From Clostridia bacterium (GTDB lineage: Bacteria; Bacillota; Clostridia; Oscillospirales; CAG-272): DNA of 59,946 bases. Made by a program: the position numbers and the translations under genes. The notes beneath the pieces were generated by a model that ran no database searches, was not told the DNA's origin, and worked only from the letters and a program-made list of their open reading frames with translations. Positions 1 through 10,110 of the stretch are shown one piece after another (within the stretch, counting starts at the first letter, position 1; each line of letters begins with the position of its first letter). The stretch spans positions 1 through 59,946 of the forward strand of contig JAFTST010000033.1 in NCBI GenBank assembly GCA_017467165.1, in the 5' to 3' direction.

Positions 1-2
1 AA

Positions 3-728
3 TATTGGTTAGATGGCAACGGTGAAGAATTTAATAATTATCATTTCTACGTTACTTCCGATATTACGCTAACGCCTGTTTATACGGATACGATATATAA
101 CCAATATTGTGAGGGCTGGAATTACGACTCCTACGTTAGTATTGATGGCGGAGAAACGCATTATAGTACCGAATTTGAAGGTAAGGCAGGCGCTACGTTT
201 GAATTGAGCACATCACCGATTCCCGATGGCGAATGTACCGTATTCCTTGGCTGGTATATGGAAACTTATGGTTCAAACGGACCCGAATACATTTTAATAA
301 GCGACCAACAAGCGTTCACTTACACAATAACAGGCGAAGAAACCGGTTTCTTATATGCAGTATGGACAACGGGAGAAAATCCGTTCATTAAGAAATACGT
401 TGATATCAGAGCAACGAATGGCTTTGTTTCTTACGCAGGCGGAGAGGCTTCGGAAAACTTTGACAATGCATATTCTGTTATTAGCTTATCAAGTATGGGA
501 AGAGTTGCTTTCTTTGACGATCCCACTGATGAAACTATTTATACAAATTGGGATATAGCATACAGATATGAGCTTGAAGGCGAAATCCAACACGTAATTG
601 CCCAATCGTATGAAGATGAATATGGTTATTATCCTGCCGAATATTGGATAAATGATCCAGAATATAGCTATCCGGACGGTGTAATTAACGTTACTGGAAT
701 TGAAGCTCTCGGTGAGGATTTTGAGTAA
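3..728 (+). CDS. 5'-truncated surface/extracellular protein with InlB B-repeat-like (F.GWY...LYAVW) domains
   Basis: Frame is open from position 3 (YWLDGNGEEF...ITLTPVY) through ORF 204..728; contains FLGWY...YAVW motif; AT-rich. Confidence 0.6.
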   Translation, partial: YWLDGNGEEFNNYHFYVTSDITLTPVYTDTIYNQYCEGWNYDSYVSIDGGETHYSTEFEGKAGATFELSTSPIPDGECTVFLGWYMETYGSNGPEYILISDQQAFTYTITGEETGFLYAVWTTGENPFIKKYVDIRATNGFVSYAGGEASENFDNAYSVISLSSMGRVAFFDDPTDETIYTNWDIAYRYELEGEIQHVIAQSYEDEYGYYPAEYWINDPEYSYPDGVINVTGIEALGEDFE

Positions 729-807
729 GGAATATAAATAGTTGATTAACTAATTGTATTCTCTACTCCAACTGCATAGCAATATAGGAATCCAAACAAT
801 ATTTTAT

Positions 808-838
808 TAGGCGGTAAGTTCCGCTTGCCGCCTATTTA
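808..838 (+). terminator. Intrinsic terminator-like hairpin
   Basis: taggcggtaag / cttgccgccta inverted repeat followed by ttt. Confidence 0.55.
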
Positions 839-1178
839 TAATGGAGGAATAAATATAAGTTTGAATAAAAAACCTAATATATTGCTTAAGGAAATAAGGC
901 AAATAGAAGAAAATTATTCAAAATATATTAAAGCGCTATGTAAAAGGTGAACCCATTTTGCAAAATGAACCCATCAGAATTTTGTTCCTTTTCCATCTGT
1001 TGTACAGAAAGGCAGCTCCTTCGAGCTGCCTTTTTCTTTCAGTATTTTTACCGTATTCGTCAGCACAAATCCATATTTTGAAAAAGCTCTTGCCATATTG
1101 GTTTAAGTGTGGTAAAATAGACTCAGGCGAAGGTCTTCTATTTCAACAGCCGCAAAGGGCGGCGGAACGGAGTTATAT

Positions 1179-1823
1179 ATGGCTATTGAAAAGGCTTACA
1201 AAATCAGAACAAAAGGGCAAAACCTCTTTCTTCGAGTTGTTAAGGGTCACTTTATGAAATCCAACGGTCATATGAATTATTACATTGACGTTACTATGCA
1301 GAAGTGCCGACTCTCAGAGGCTAACGCTGTCGCGGACGAGCTCGTATCACATTGCAACAGCACTATGATAGTTGACACCATTCTTTGCCTCGACGAGATG
1401 CAGGTTATCGCGACCTGTATGGCGGAAAAGCTTACCGCCTCAGGTTTTATGAACCTCAACGCCAATCGGACAATCTACATTCTCACCCCCGAGAAAATTT
1501 CCGCGGGACGCTTCATTTTCCGCGACGAATCCATTCCTATGATTGCGGGCAAGAACGTGCTTATTCTTACCTCATCGGTTGCGACAGGCAGAACAACGAA
1601 GGTTGCTATGGATGCGGTAAAATATTACGGCGGAACGGTTTCGGGACTCGCATCTATCTATTCGGCGGTTAACGAGTGCAGAGGCGTTCCCGTTTATTCG
1701 GCATTCGATGCAAACGACCTCGACGGCTATTTCTGCGTTCCCGCGCACGAATGTCCGCTTTGCAAGGAAGGCAGAGACGTTGACGGCGTGGTTAACAGCT
1801 ACGGCTTCTCCGGTAAAATGTAA
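1179..1823 (+). CDS. Type I phosphoribosyltransferase (orotate PRTase-like)
   Basis: GHF...H.NYYID N-terminus, GKNVLIL..SVATG.T PRPP-loop-like motif, C-terminal CPLC; GGAG SD. Confidence 0.8.
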   Translation: MAIEKAYKIRTKGQNLFLRVVKGHFMKSNGHMNYYIDVTMQKCRLSEANAVADELVSHCNSTMIVDTILCLDEMQVIATCMAEKLTASGFMNLNANRTIYILTPEKISAGRFIFRDESIPMIAGKNVLILTSSVATGRTTKVAMDAVKYYGGTVSGLASIYSAVNECRGVPVYSAFDANDLDGYFCVPAHECPLCKEGRDVDGVVNSYGFSGKM

Positions 1824-1849
1824 AAATACGGCTTTATCAGGAGGACAGA

Positions 1850-2617
1850 ATGACTGATGAAAGCAGACGCAAGGACAGGTTTTCGGTTTTTGTTACAATC
1901 TTTGGAATAGTAGTCTTTTCGATTTCTGTAATACTCTTGGCTTGTGTTTTATACGACAGATTTTTCAGCTTGAAGTTTCCGCTGTTAATAAATTTGTTAA
2001 CCAATCCCACATTATACGCTCTGTTTTTCTTTATTGCTCTGATAGTATGCTTCGCACTCACCTCGGGAAAAAAGACGGTTCTTAAGGCTATAACAGTTGT
2101 AATCGTAATTATCGGAATACTGCCCCTGACGTTCGTGCTTTTGCTCGGCGGAGGGAAAAAGGTTTCTATGACAGATGATATAGAAAATTACGGGATATAT
2201 GACAAATTGGTAGACGAGGATCTTAAGATTTTTCCCGCCGAAATAACAGAGGATATGACACCCATAAAATACTCCTATTACTACGATTGGACCTGGGATC
2301 ACACATACGAAATTTATCTTGAGGTAAGGATGGGCGCCGATGCTTATGATAAGCTGAAGGCTGAGTATTCCGATTCTCTGTCAGACTTTCGTTATACAGA
2401 TGGCTACGAGGAGTTTGTTATCAGCGACGATTTGGACGCAGAGCTAAAAGATGGGGATTATTACACATCAATCGGATCGGTGATTAAGATAATTTTTAAC
2501 GATGCTGAAAATATCGTGATATTTGAATATTTGGACGGAAATGGCGAGCCGATGAAGCTTGAGGACTCGGCGTATATTGAGAGATTTAATATCGAATTAA
2601 GCCAATCCGACCGATAA
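1850..2617 (+). CDS. Hypothetical membrane protein (3 N-terminal TM segments)
   Basis: 255 aa ORF with AGGAGG SD; hydrophobic N-terminal third. Confidence 0.75.
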   Translation: MTDESRRKDRFSVFVTIFGIVVFSISVILLACVLYDRFFSLKFPLLINLLTNPTLYALFFFIALIVCFALTSGKKTVLKAITVVIVIIGILPLTFVLLLGGGKKVSMTDDIENYGIYDKLVDEDLKIFPAEITEDMTPIKYSYYYDWTWDHTYEIYLEVRMGADAYDKLKAEYSDSLSDFRYTDGYEEFVISDDLDAELKDGDYYTSIGSVIKIIFNDAENIVIFEYLDGNGEPMKLEDSAYIERFNIELSQSDR

Positions 2618-2635
2618 AGACGTTTTGGAGGCTAT

Positions 2636-3169
2636 ATGTATATTTGGGTGGCGGTAGACGTAGACGAGCAGGTTATAGAGCTTCGCGAATATGCAGAGAG
2701 CTATGCTAAAGAACACGGCGTGTCATCCCCGACGCTTAGCCTGCCGTTTCACATTTCGCTGAAAATCTCCTTTGAAATCCCGAACGAGAAGAGGGTGGAG
2801 GTGACGCGCGATATACGCGACCTCTTTAAATCTCAGGAGCCTTTCACAATACCTGTCGGAGCAGTCGAGAAAAACGCTTCGATACTATGGTTAACCATAG
2901 GGGACAGCCCGGAGCTTGCCTCCATACACAAGAGGCTTGACGGGCTGATGCTTGAAAAATACGGTGTCGCGGAGCACGAATTTGACAAGGATTTTATCTT
3001 TCACGCCTCTATTCTGATATTGAACAGTGAGGAGCATCTTTGTCGCGCGAAGGACGCTGTTAAGAGTATCAATATACCGAGCGAGCTTGTGGCAAGGAAG
3101 GTAATTATCGGCTCATCAACGAGTGGAAAGGCAGGCAGCTTCAGCGTGGACGAGGAGATTGTGCTATAA
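2636..3169 (+). CDS. 2H phosphoesterase / 2'-5' RNA ligase family protein
   Basis: Two HxS motifs (PFHISL, IFHASI); GGAGG SD. Confidence 0.8.
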   Translation: MYIWVAVDVDEQVIELREYAESYAKEHGVSSPTLSLPFHISLKISFEIPNEKRVEVTRDIRDLFKSQEPFTIPVGAVEKNASILWLTIGDSPELASIHKRLDGLMLEKYGVAEHEFDKDFIFHASILILNSEEHLCRAKDAVKSINIPSELVARKVIIGSSTSGKAGSFSVDEEIVL

Positions 3170-3415
3170 TAATGCTTTTCCCCTTGCTTTCATCTTGTGG
3201 CAAAAATTGACTAGCTCATTGCTCGAGTATGCTCTTGGGCTCGGTGAGCTACCCTATTCGAGGATCTTATTTAATAACACACGGGGTTGGGTCAATGGCT
3301 TTAAATTAAGCTATTGGCTCAGCCTCTTTTTTCTTTGTAACGGTTGCAGCTTGCTGTCGAAAAAGAGTATATAATGTAATGGTGCTTCACCAAATACTAT
3401 AAAGAAGATAATTAT

Positions 3416-3601
3416 ATGAAGAATCAGAATCCGTTTATAAGAAGCACCAATCACTGCTGCAATGGCTGTCAGGGCGGCTGCAAGAACGACTGCGGCAAGA
3501 AGCAGAACTGCCGTGACGATAAGGATAAAAATCCGTGTGTATTTTGTCCGCCCTGTCGGCTCAAGATATACCGTTTTTTTAACACGCCCTCGGGGTTATA
3601 G
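3416..3601 (+). CDS. Small Cys-rich protein (possibly spore-associated)
   Basis: 61 aa with 9 Cys; weak SD; function is inference only. Confidence 0.35.
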   Translation: MKNQNPFIRSTNHCCNGCQGGCKNDCGKKQNCRDDKDKNPCVFCPPCRLKIYRFFNTPSGL

Positions 3602-4909
3602 CCTTTTATCGTCGGTGGCGGGGTTGTCGATAAGCTCTCCGTTTTCGGCAAATCGAGAGCCGTGGCAGGGGCAATCCCAGCTGTGCTCGGCGGGGTTAAA
3701 CCTCAGGGCGCAGCCGAGGTGAGGGCATCGCGGTACGGTCGGGGTAATCAAGCCAAGCAGGGATTCGAGGGCGTTGATGGCGAGCTGTGGTCGGAGAATG
3801 GTGCGCGAGGGAGAAAATACCTCGGCGTATGGATTATCCCTATCTCTTACAAGGTCGGCGAGTATATTCGCCGCGACGAGTGAATTCGTTATTCCCCACT
3901 TGTTAAAGCCCGTGGCGACGAAGACGTCGGGCGTTCTTTTTGAATAGCGTCCTATATATGCCACGCCGTCAAGAGTCATACAGTCCTGCGCCGCCCATCT
4001 TCCGACTATGCGAGCGCCCTTATAATATTTCTCCGCTATATCCTCCAGCTCCTGCCAGCAGCCGCCCCTCTTTCCCGTGCGATGTCCCCCGCCGCCAAGC
4101 AGTAAAAGCTCGCCGCAGCCTCTCAGGGATAGCCCCGTGTCAGAGTCGTCAACGTACATCCCGTGTAGCGTTTTCGCGCCCTCGAGGGCTATAACGTAGG
4201 AGCGGTGCTGATAGAGCTTTAGGGGATACAGACCGTGCTTGTTGAGGATAGGAAAGTGCGTGGCAACAATCACCCTATTGAAGCTTATCTCGCCCTTATC
4301 GGTGACTGCCTTATTAGGCATAAGCTGTACTACCTTGGTGTGCTCGAAAATGGAGAGCCCCTCTGATAGTGAAAAAAGGAGCTTGAGCGGGTTAAACTGC
4401 GCCTGCTCACCGACGCGCACAGCTCCCGCCACAGAAAACGGAAGCTCGGGAGCATCAGAAGGCTCTGCATTGACACCCAGACGACCCAGCGCTGTCAGCT
4501 CCCTCTCGATTTTCCTTTTGTTCCCGAGGGTGTAGACGAAGGAGTCCCTCACCTCGTAGTCGCAGGGATAGACCTCGGCGAGCCTTCTGTATTCCTCACA
4601 CGCCTTCCTCTGTGCTGAAAGATACAGGCGCGCCTTGTTTTCACCAAAGCGCCTTATCAGCTTATCGTATATCAGACCGTGGGCTATCGTTATTTTGGCG
4701 GTGGTGTTTTTGGTTATTCCGCTGAGGATTTCCTTTGCCTCGACGAGAATACAATTCACCCCAGCTTTCTTTAACTCATAGGCGCACAGTATTCCCGCGA
4801 TACCGCCGCCGATTATCAGCACGTCTGCGCTTGTATTCCCCTCGAGCGAGGGGAAGCTTTTCCTCTCCGTATCCTTTTCCCATACCGATGTATTTTTATC
4901 TGTTCTCAT
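3596..4909 (-). CDS. FAD-dependent oxidoreductase with C-terminal Rieske 2Fe-2S domain (YhfW-like)
   Basis: IIGGGIAG FAD motif, TTAKIT, ATGFNKWG, CPHLGC...WDCPCHGSRF Rieske motif; start placed at MRTDK. Confidence 0.9.
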   Translation of the reverse strand: MRTDKNTSVWEKDTERKSFPSLEGNTSADVLIIGGGIAGILCAYELKKAGVNCILVEAKEILSGITKNTTAKITIAHGLIYDKLIRRFGENKARLYLSAQRKACEEYRRLAEVYPCDYEVRDSFVYTLGNKRKIERELTALGRLGVNAEPSDAPELPFSVAGAVRVGEQAQFNPLKLLFSLSEGLSIFEHTKVVQLMPNKAVTDKGEISFNRVIVATHFPILNKHGLYPLKLYQHRSYVIALEGAKTLHGMYVDDSDTGLSLRGCGELLLLGGGGHRTGKRGGCWQELEDIAEKYYKGARIVGRWAAQDCMTLDGVAYIGRYSKRTPDVFVATGFNKWGITNSLVAANILADLVRDRDNPYAEVFSPSRTILRPQLAINALESLLGLITPTVPRCPHLGCALRFNPAEHSWDCPCHGSRFAENGELIDNPATDDKRL

Positions 4910-5231
4910 TTCAAGCCTTTTTTCTGTTATCTTTCTCGGAGCAAGCTGGCATATACCCGGCAATTTCAGGGAAAGGAGTTTTTTTGATAACGAGGGGCGC
5001 TGTGACTTTCACAGCGCCCCTTATTTTTGGGTTATAAAATACCGCTACGGAAACTAATCTGCAAGCAGCGGAAAGACCCAGCGCACGAGATTTTTAATAT
5101 TTTAATGGAAAAATCGCTTGATTTGGCGAGGCTTGTGTGCTATACTTATTCTATCACGGCAGGCTGACGGCTCTGATTAGCCGGTGGCTGTGTCGGACTT
5201 CGTTTGATAATTTAAACCCAAGGAGATAATT

Positions 5232-7130
5232 ATGGAAAAAATCAGAATTCAGGACGACCTTTATACCTTCGTCAATCAGAAAGCGCTTGACGAGCTCGTT
5301 ATTCCCGACGATAAGCCTGTCGCGGGCGGATTTTCCGAGCTTGCAGATGGCGTTGAAAAGACTATGATGGGCGAATTTGAAGCTATGACCGAGGGGGGCG
5401 AGTTCCCCGACGAGTATCTTGAGAGAGCCTGCGCGCTCTATGCGATAGCCAAGGATGCCGAGAGAAAGGCGGCGCACGGAGTTGCTCCCGCGCTGAAAAA
5501 CCTCGCCGTGCTTGAGGATATCAAGACTCTTGGAGATTTCAGCCGTCTTTATAAGACGCTCTCTCGCCGCAGTATTCCCACGCCTCTTAATATCGGCGTC
5601 GAAACCGATATGAAGAACACGAAGCGCCACCTCGTATACATACAGGGCGCGGGCGTTATCCTTCCCGACGCCTCCTACTACAAGCCCGAGATGGCACCCC
5701 AGAAGGAGCAGATACTCGGTATCTGGGCAGGCGTTGCGGGAATGGTTATGGCGAAGACCGACCTTGCCCCCGAGGTACAGCAGCAGTATATTCAGGATGC
5801 TCTTGCCTTTGACGCGATTATCGGCGGACTCGCCAAGACGAGCGAGGAGTGGTCAAGATACGTAGAGATGTACAACCCTATGAGCACGGAGGAGGTTGCC
5901 GCACAGCTTGGCGGAGTTGAGCTTGGAGTAATTCTTGCCGACCTTTTCGGAAGAGTGCCCGAGACCGTGGTTGTCACCGAGCCGAGATACTTTGAGGGCT
6001 TCTCTACCCTCTTTTCCTCCGAGACCCTTGAATTATATAAGCACTGGGCATACGTCACCGGTCTTCTCAAGGCCTGCTCCTATCTTTCCGAGGAGCTTCG
6101 TGATATGGGCGGCGCGTATATGCGCGCTCTGACAGGCGTAGCGAAGATGTCGTCTGTCGAAAAATTCGCGTATCAGCTCGCATCGGGCGTATATTCCGAG
6201 CCTGTTGGAATCTACTACGGCGAGAAGTACTTCGGCAAGGAAGCGAAGAAGGACATCACCGAGATAGTATATCAGATTATAGACACCTACAAGGAGCGCA
6301 TCAAGACCAACGAGATTCTCGGCGAGGCTACCAAGGAAAAGGCTATCCTCAAGCTGTCGAAGATGGGCGTCAAGATGGGCTATCCCGACAAGGTAAGACC
6401 TCTCTATGAGAAGCTGGTATTTAACAGAGAGGACTCGCTCCTCGACGTTATGCTAACTATCAACGCGATAAGAGAAGAGGATATGCTCTCCAAGCTCGAC
6501 AAGCCCACCGAGCCCGAGAACTGGGCGATGCCCGGACATATGGTTAACGCCTGCTACGACCCCTTCGTCAACGACATAACCTTCCCTGCGGCAATTCTGC
6601 AGGCTCCCTTCTACTCCTTGAAGCAGACAAGAAGCGAAAACCTCGGTGGTATCGGCGCGGTTATAGGTCACGAAATTTCACACGCCTTCGACTCTAACGG
6701 CGCGAAGTGCGACGAAAACGGCAATATTAATAACTGGTGGACCGAGGAGGATTTTGCAAGATTTGACACCAAGGTTCAGGCAATGATAGAGCAGTTTGAC
6801 GGCATTGAGCTGCCATGGGGCAAGGTTAACGGCGCGTTCATCGTCAGCGAAAATATGGCTGATAACGGCGGTATGGCGGTGACGCTCGACATTATGTCAA
6901 AAACCGAGGGCGCAAGCTACGAGGAGTATTTCACAAACTGGGCAAGAGTATGGTGCCAGAAGGCAAGACCCGAGTATAGCACTATGCTCCTCTCGGTTGA
7001 CGTGCACGGCCCCTGTGTTCTGCGCGCTAATATTCCTCCGAGAAACTTCAGGGAGTGGTACACCGCCTTCGGCGTTACCGAGGAGGACGGTATGTACATC
7101 TCTCCCAATAAGCGTATAGTTATCTGGTAA
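5232..7130 (+). CDS. pepO: M13 family metalloendopeptidase (PepO/neprilysin-like)
   Basis: RIQDDLY, VNACY, GAVIGHEISHAFD and ENMADNGG motifs. Confidence 0.92.
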   Translation: MEKIRIQDDLYTFVNQKALDELVIPDDKPVAGGFSELADGVEKTMMGEFEAMTEGGEFPDEYLERACALYAIAKDAERKAAHGVAPALKNLAVLEDIKTLGDFSRLYKTLSRRSIPTPLNIGVETDMKNTKRHLVYIQGAGVILPDASYYKPEMAPQKEQILGIWAGVAGMVMAKTDLAPEVQQQYIQDALAFDAIIGGLAKTSEEWSRYVEMYNPMSTEEVAAQLGGVELGVILADLFGRVPETVVVTEPRYFEGFSTLFSSETLELYKHWAYVTGLLKACSYLSEELRDMGGAYMRALTGVAKMSSVEKFAYQLASGVYSEPVGIYYGEKYFGKEAKKDITEIVYQIIDTYKERIKTNEILGEATKEKAILKLSKMGVKMGYPDKVRPLYEKLVFNREDSLLDVMLTINAIREEDMLSKLDKPTEPENWAMPGHMVNACYDPFVNDITFPAAILQAPFYSLKQTRSENLGGIGAVIGHEISHAFDSNGAKCDENGNINNWWTEEDFARFDTKVQAMIEQFDGIELPWGKVNGAFIVSENMADNGGMAVTLDIMSKTEGASYEEYFTNWARVWCQKARPEYSTMLLSVDVHGPCVLRANIPPRNFREWYTAFGVTEEDGMYISPNKRIVIW

Positions 7131-7169
7131 TTAAAAAACGGACAATATTAATAAGCATTGGAGAAAGCT

Positions 7170-9938
7170 ATGAAAAGGCTGATTGCACTATTAGTTATAA
7201 TATGTATGCTCCTTTCCTTCGTCGGCTGTCAAGTCGCATCGCCGAATAACCCCGACACAGGTGATGACACCACGCTCGGCGGCGAAAATGGCGTCGAAAA
7301 CAACGGTGACGGCGGCGATTCAGGTGAGACAGGTGGCGGCTCGGGCGATAATTCGGGCGACAGCTCACACACATACAACGACTTCACCGCGGACGAAAAG
7401 ACCTATATAAGCGACACGGTGGGCTTCCTTATCCCCTTCATTCCCTGTGACGAGTACTACGTTGAGGAGTACAGCTACGAGGAGGAGTACTATGCTGAGC
7501 TTGGCTTTAACTTCTGCGCCTTTGGCAGCACTCCTGCGGAGTTTGAAAAGTATCTTGAGCTTTTCGACCAATATAACTTTGACTACACCAAGAAGGCCGA
7601 GGACGGCAACACCTGGTATTTTTATTCCTCGGGTGAAATTTTAATTGACCTCACGCACTACTACTATGAGGGCAAGTACGTTATGGACCTGTACGCCTAC
7701 TTCATTCCATTGGATGAAGGCAGCGATTCGGGCAACACGGGCGGCTCGGGTGACGGCGGTAATACAGGTGAGGGCGCTCTAGCTGACGAGTGGCGCGAGC
7801 AGTATGATACAATCACCGTAGAGGACGCCTTCGCCATCTGCGATGCTTCGGGAAGCACCAAAAGCGAAAGATACTACCTTATCGCTACGGTCATTTCGGT
7901 CGAGGACGACTACTACGGAAAGATGATGATAGAGGACTCGACGGGCGAGCTTCTGGTATATGGCTCCTACGGGGCTGACGGAGAGCAGAGATACGGCGAT
8001 CTTACTGACGCAGTACCCAAGGAGGGCGACGTAGTTCTTTTCTATGGAAACTTTATGATGTACAATGGCACTCGCGAGATGTACAGCGGCTGGATAATCG
8101 ACTTCTACACTCCGGGAGAGAGCGGCTCCGGCAACACCGGCAGCGGCGATTCCGGCAACACGGGTGGCGGCTCGGGTGATAATTCGGGCGACGGCTCACA
8201 CGCATACAACGACTTCACCGCGGACGAAAAGACCTATATAAGTGACACGGTGGGCTTTCTTATCCCCTTCATTCCCTGTGACGAGTACTACGTTGAGGAG
8301 TACAGCTACGAGGAGTATGGCTATGCGGAGTGGGGCTTCAACTACTACACCTTTGGCAGCACTCCTGCGGAGTTTGAAAAGTATCTTGAGCTTTTCGACC
8401 AATACACCTTTGACTACACCGAGAAGGACGAGGACGGCGACACCTGGTATTATTATTTCTCGGGTGAAGTTTTAATTGACCTCACGCATTACTACTATGA
8501 GGGCGAGTACGTTATGGACCTGTACGCCTATTTTGTTTCCGAAGACGAGAGCGGCTCGGGCAACACCGGCAGCGGCGATTCGGGCAACACGGGTAGCGGC
8601 TCGGGCGATAGCGCGGATATTATAACCAACCTCGGCGCAGGACTTCCCACGGGTACAAACGGAGTATTCAATATTGACTTCACTAAGGGTGAGTACGTCA
8701 AGGACGTTACCGACCAGGGCTACTATCTTGACGGCTGTCCAACTATGGGCTCTCCTGCGGTGCTGGTTATTCCCGTCGAATTCTCTGACTCCCTCGCGAC
8801 AAGCAAGGGCTATACAGTCGACGCTCTGAAGAATGCTTTTGAAAAGGACGGAGTCAACGACTACTATTCGGTATATGACTACTACTACATATCAAGCTAC
8901 GGTCAGCTCACTCTCGATATAGAGGTTCTTGACTTCTGGTTCAAGCCTGAGTATGACAGCGACTACTACTACAACGCAAGATACGACTACTACGGCGAAC
9001 AAATCGAGATAGGCGACCAGCTCGTGCTCGACGAGGCTCTATCTTATCTCGAGGGTATAATGGACCTCTCCAGATTTGACTCGGATAACAACGGATATAT
9101 AGACGCTGTAGTTCTTGTCAACACTCTGGACATTGGAGATGAGAACTTCTACTGGGCGTACCGCTACTGGAACGTCTATACCGAGGACGGAGAAAACTAC
9201 TACGAATATGACGCCGTGAGCGCCAACGACTACATATGGGCATCCTATCAGTTCCTTCTCGAGAGCTATGACGAAGAGGGCAACTCGGTATACAACCCGG
9301 ATACTATGAACACCTATACATTCATACATGAGTTTGCTCACGTGCTCGGCGCAGACGACTACTATGACACCGAGTACGAAACCGAGCCTATGGCAGGTTG
9401 TGATATAATGGACTCTCTGCTCGGCGACCACAACGCCTTCACCAAGTTCAATCTCGGCTGGATAACCTCGTCGAGACTGGTTGTAGCGGACGAAAGCGTC
9501 ACCCTCTCGCTCGAGGACTTCTCGAAGAGTGGCGATACTATTATTCTGGCGTGCAACTGGGACGAGAGGCTCGGAGCTTATCAGGAGTACTACGTTCTGG
9601 CGTATTACAGAAACGTGGGGCTGAATGACAATGAGCTGGGCTACTTCTCGCGCGACGGCGTGGTGGTATACCACGTCAACGCCTCGCTCTACTCCGAGGA
9701 AGTTGAAGGCGAGATATACTACGATATATATAACAACAACACCTCGCCGACAACCGACTACGGCACGGAGGACAACCTTATAGAGTACGTCAAGTCCAGC
9801 CTCGACACCTACACCTACGCGGAGGGCGACACTCTCCCCGAGGTCACAGATGATGAGGGTAACAGGCTCGGATATACCTTCGTCGTTGATTCTCTCACAG
9901 AGGACTGCGCGACGATAACCTTCAGCGTCATTCCCTGA
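7170..9938 (+). CDS. Secreted lipoprotein with duplicated acidic domains, an OB-fold-like domain and a C-terminal M6 (immune inhibitor A-like) metalloprotease
   Basis: Signal peptide with FVGC lipobox; Gly/Ser/Asp linkers; VLVIPVEF, YYYISSYGQL and HEFAHVLGADDYYD motifs. Confidence 0.85.
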   Translation: MKRLIALLVIICMLLSFVGCQVASPNNPDTGDDTTLGGENGVENNGDGGDSGETGGGSGDNSGDSSHTYNDFTADEKTYISDTVGFLIPFIPCDEYYVEEYSYEEEYYAELGFNFCAFGSTPAEFEKYLELFDQYNFDYTKKAEDGNTWYFYSSGEILIDLTHYYYEGKYVMDLYAYFIPLDEGSDSGNTGGSGDGGNTGEGALADEWREQYDTITVEDAFAICDASGSTKSERYYLIATVISVEDDYYGKMMIEDSTGELLVYGSYGADGEQRYGDLTDAVPKEGDVVLFYGNFMMYNGTREMYSGWIIDFYTPGESGSGNTGSGDSGNTGGGSGDNSGDGSHAYNDFTADEKTYISDTVGFLIPFIPCDEYYVEEYSYEEYGYAEWGFNYYTFGSTPAEFEKYLELFDQYTFDYTEKDEDGDTWYYYFSGEVLIDLTHYYYEGEYVMDLYAYFVSEDESGSGNTGSGDSGNTGSGSGDSADIITNLGAGLPTGTNGVFNIDFTKGEYVKDVTDQGYYLDGCPTMGSPAVLVIPVEFSDSLATSKGYTVDALKNAFEKDGVNDYYSVYDYYYISSYGQLTLDIEVLDFWFKPEYDSDYYYNARYDYYGEQIEIGDQLVLDEALSYLEGIMDLSRFDSDNNGYIDAVVLVNTLDIGDENFYWAYRYWNVYTEDGENYYEYDAVSANDYIWASYQFLLESYDEEGNSVYNPDTMNTYTFIHEFAHVLGADDYYDTEYETEPMAGCDIMDSLLGDHNAFTKFNLGWITSSRLVVADESVTLSLEDFSKSGDTIILACNWDERLGAYQEYYVLAYYRNVGLNDNELGYFSRDGVVVYHVNASLYSEEVEGEIYYDIYNNNTSPTTDYGTEDNLIEYVKSSLDTYTYAEGDTLPEVTDDEGNRLGYTFVVDSLTEDCATITFSVIP
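7332..8530 (+). repeat. Intragenic ~370 bp direct duplication (7332-7699 and 8163-8530)
   Basis: Two near-identical copies offset by 831 bp, both encoding YNDFTADEKTYISDTVGFLIPFIPCDEYYVEEY...MDLYAY. Confidence 0.95.
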
Positions 9939-10034
9939 GGCGCTTATTTTTGAGACAAGCGAATAACAGCAGAATGAAAATCGAAAGAACCGCTGCTACG
10001 TCGCACAGGTTCTCTCAAATAAGAACTAAAAAAC

Positions 10035-10068
10035 AAAGAGGTACTGTGCTTTCACAATACCTCTTTTT
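10035..10068. terminator. Bidirectional intrinsic terminator between convergent genes
   Basis: aaagaggta...tacctcttt stem with A-run before and T-run after. Confidence 0.7.
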
Positions 10069-10110
10069 CTTATTCGGTTATAGCTTAATTCAAAGAATCA
10101 GGTCTGAAAT

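Noticed and set aside
5040-5071. taccgctacg...agcagcgg, similar to 21988-22020, as a REP family
   Set aside because: Only two loosely similar short copies are visible, too few to support a repeat family
7332-8530. Diversity-generating retroelement template/variable repeat pair
   Set aside because: Mismatches include many C/T and other non-adenine changes, both copies are in-frame parts of one gene, and no reverse transcriptase is present
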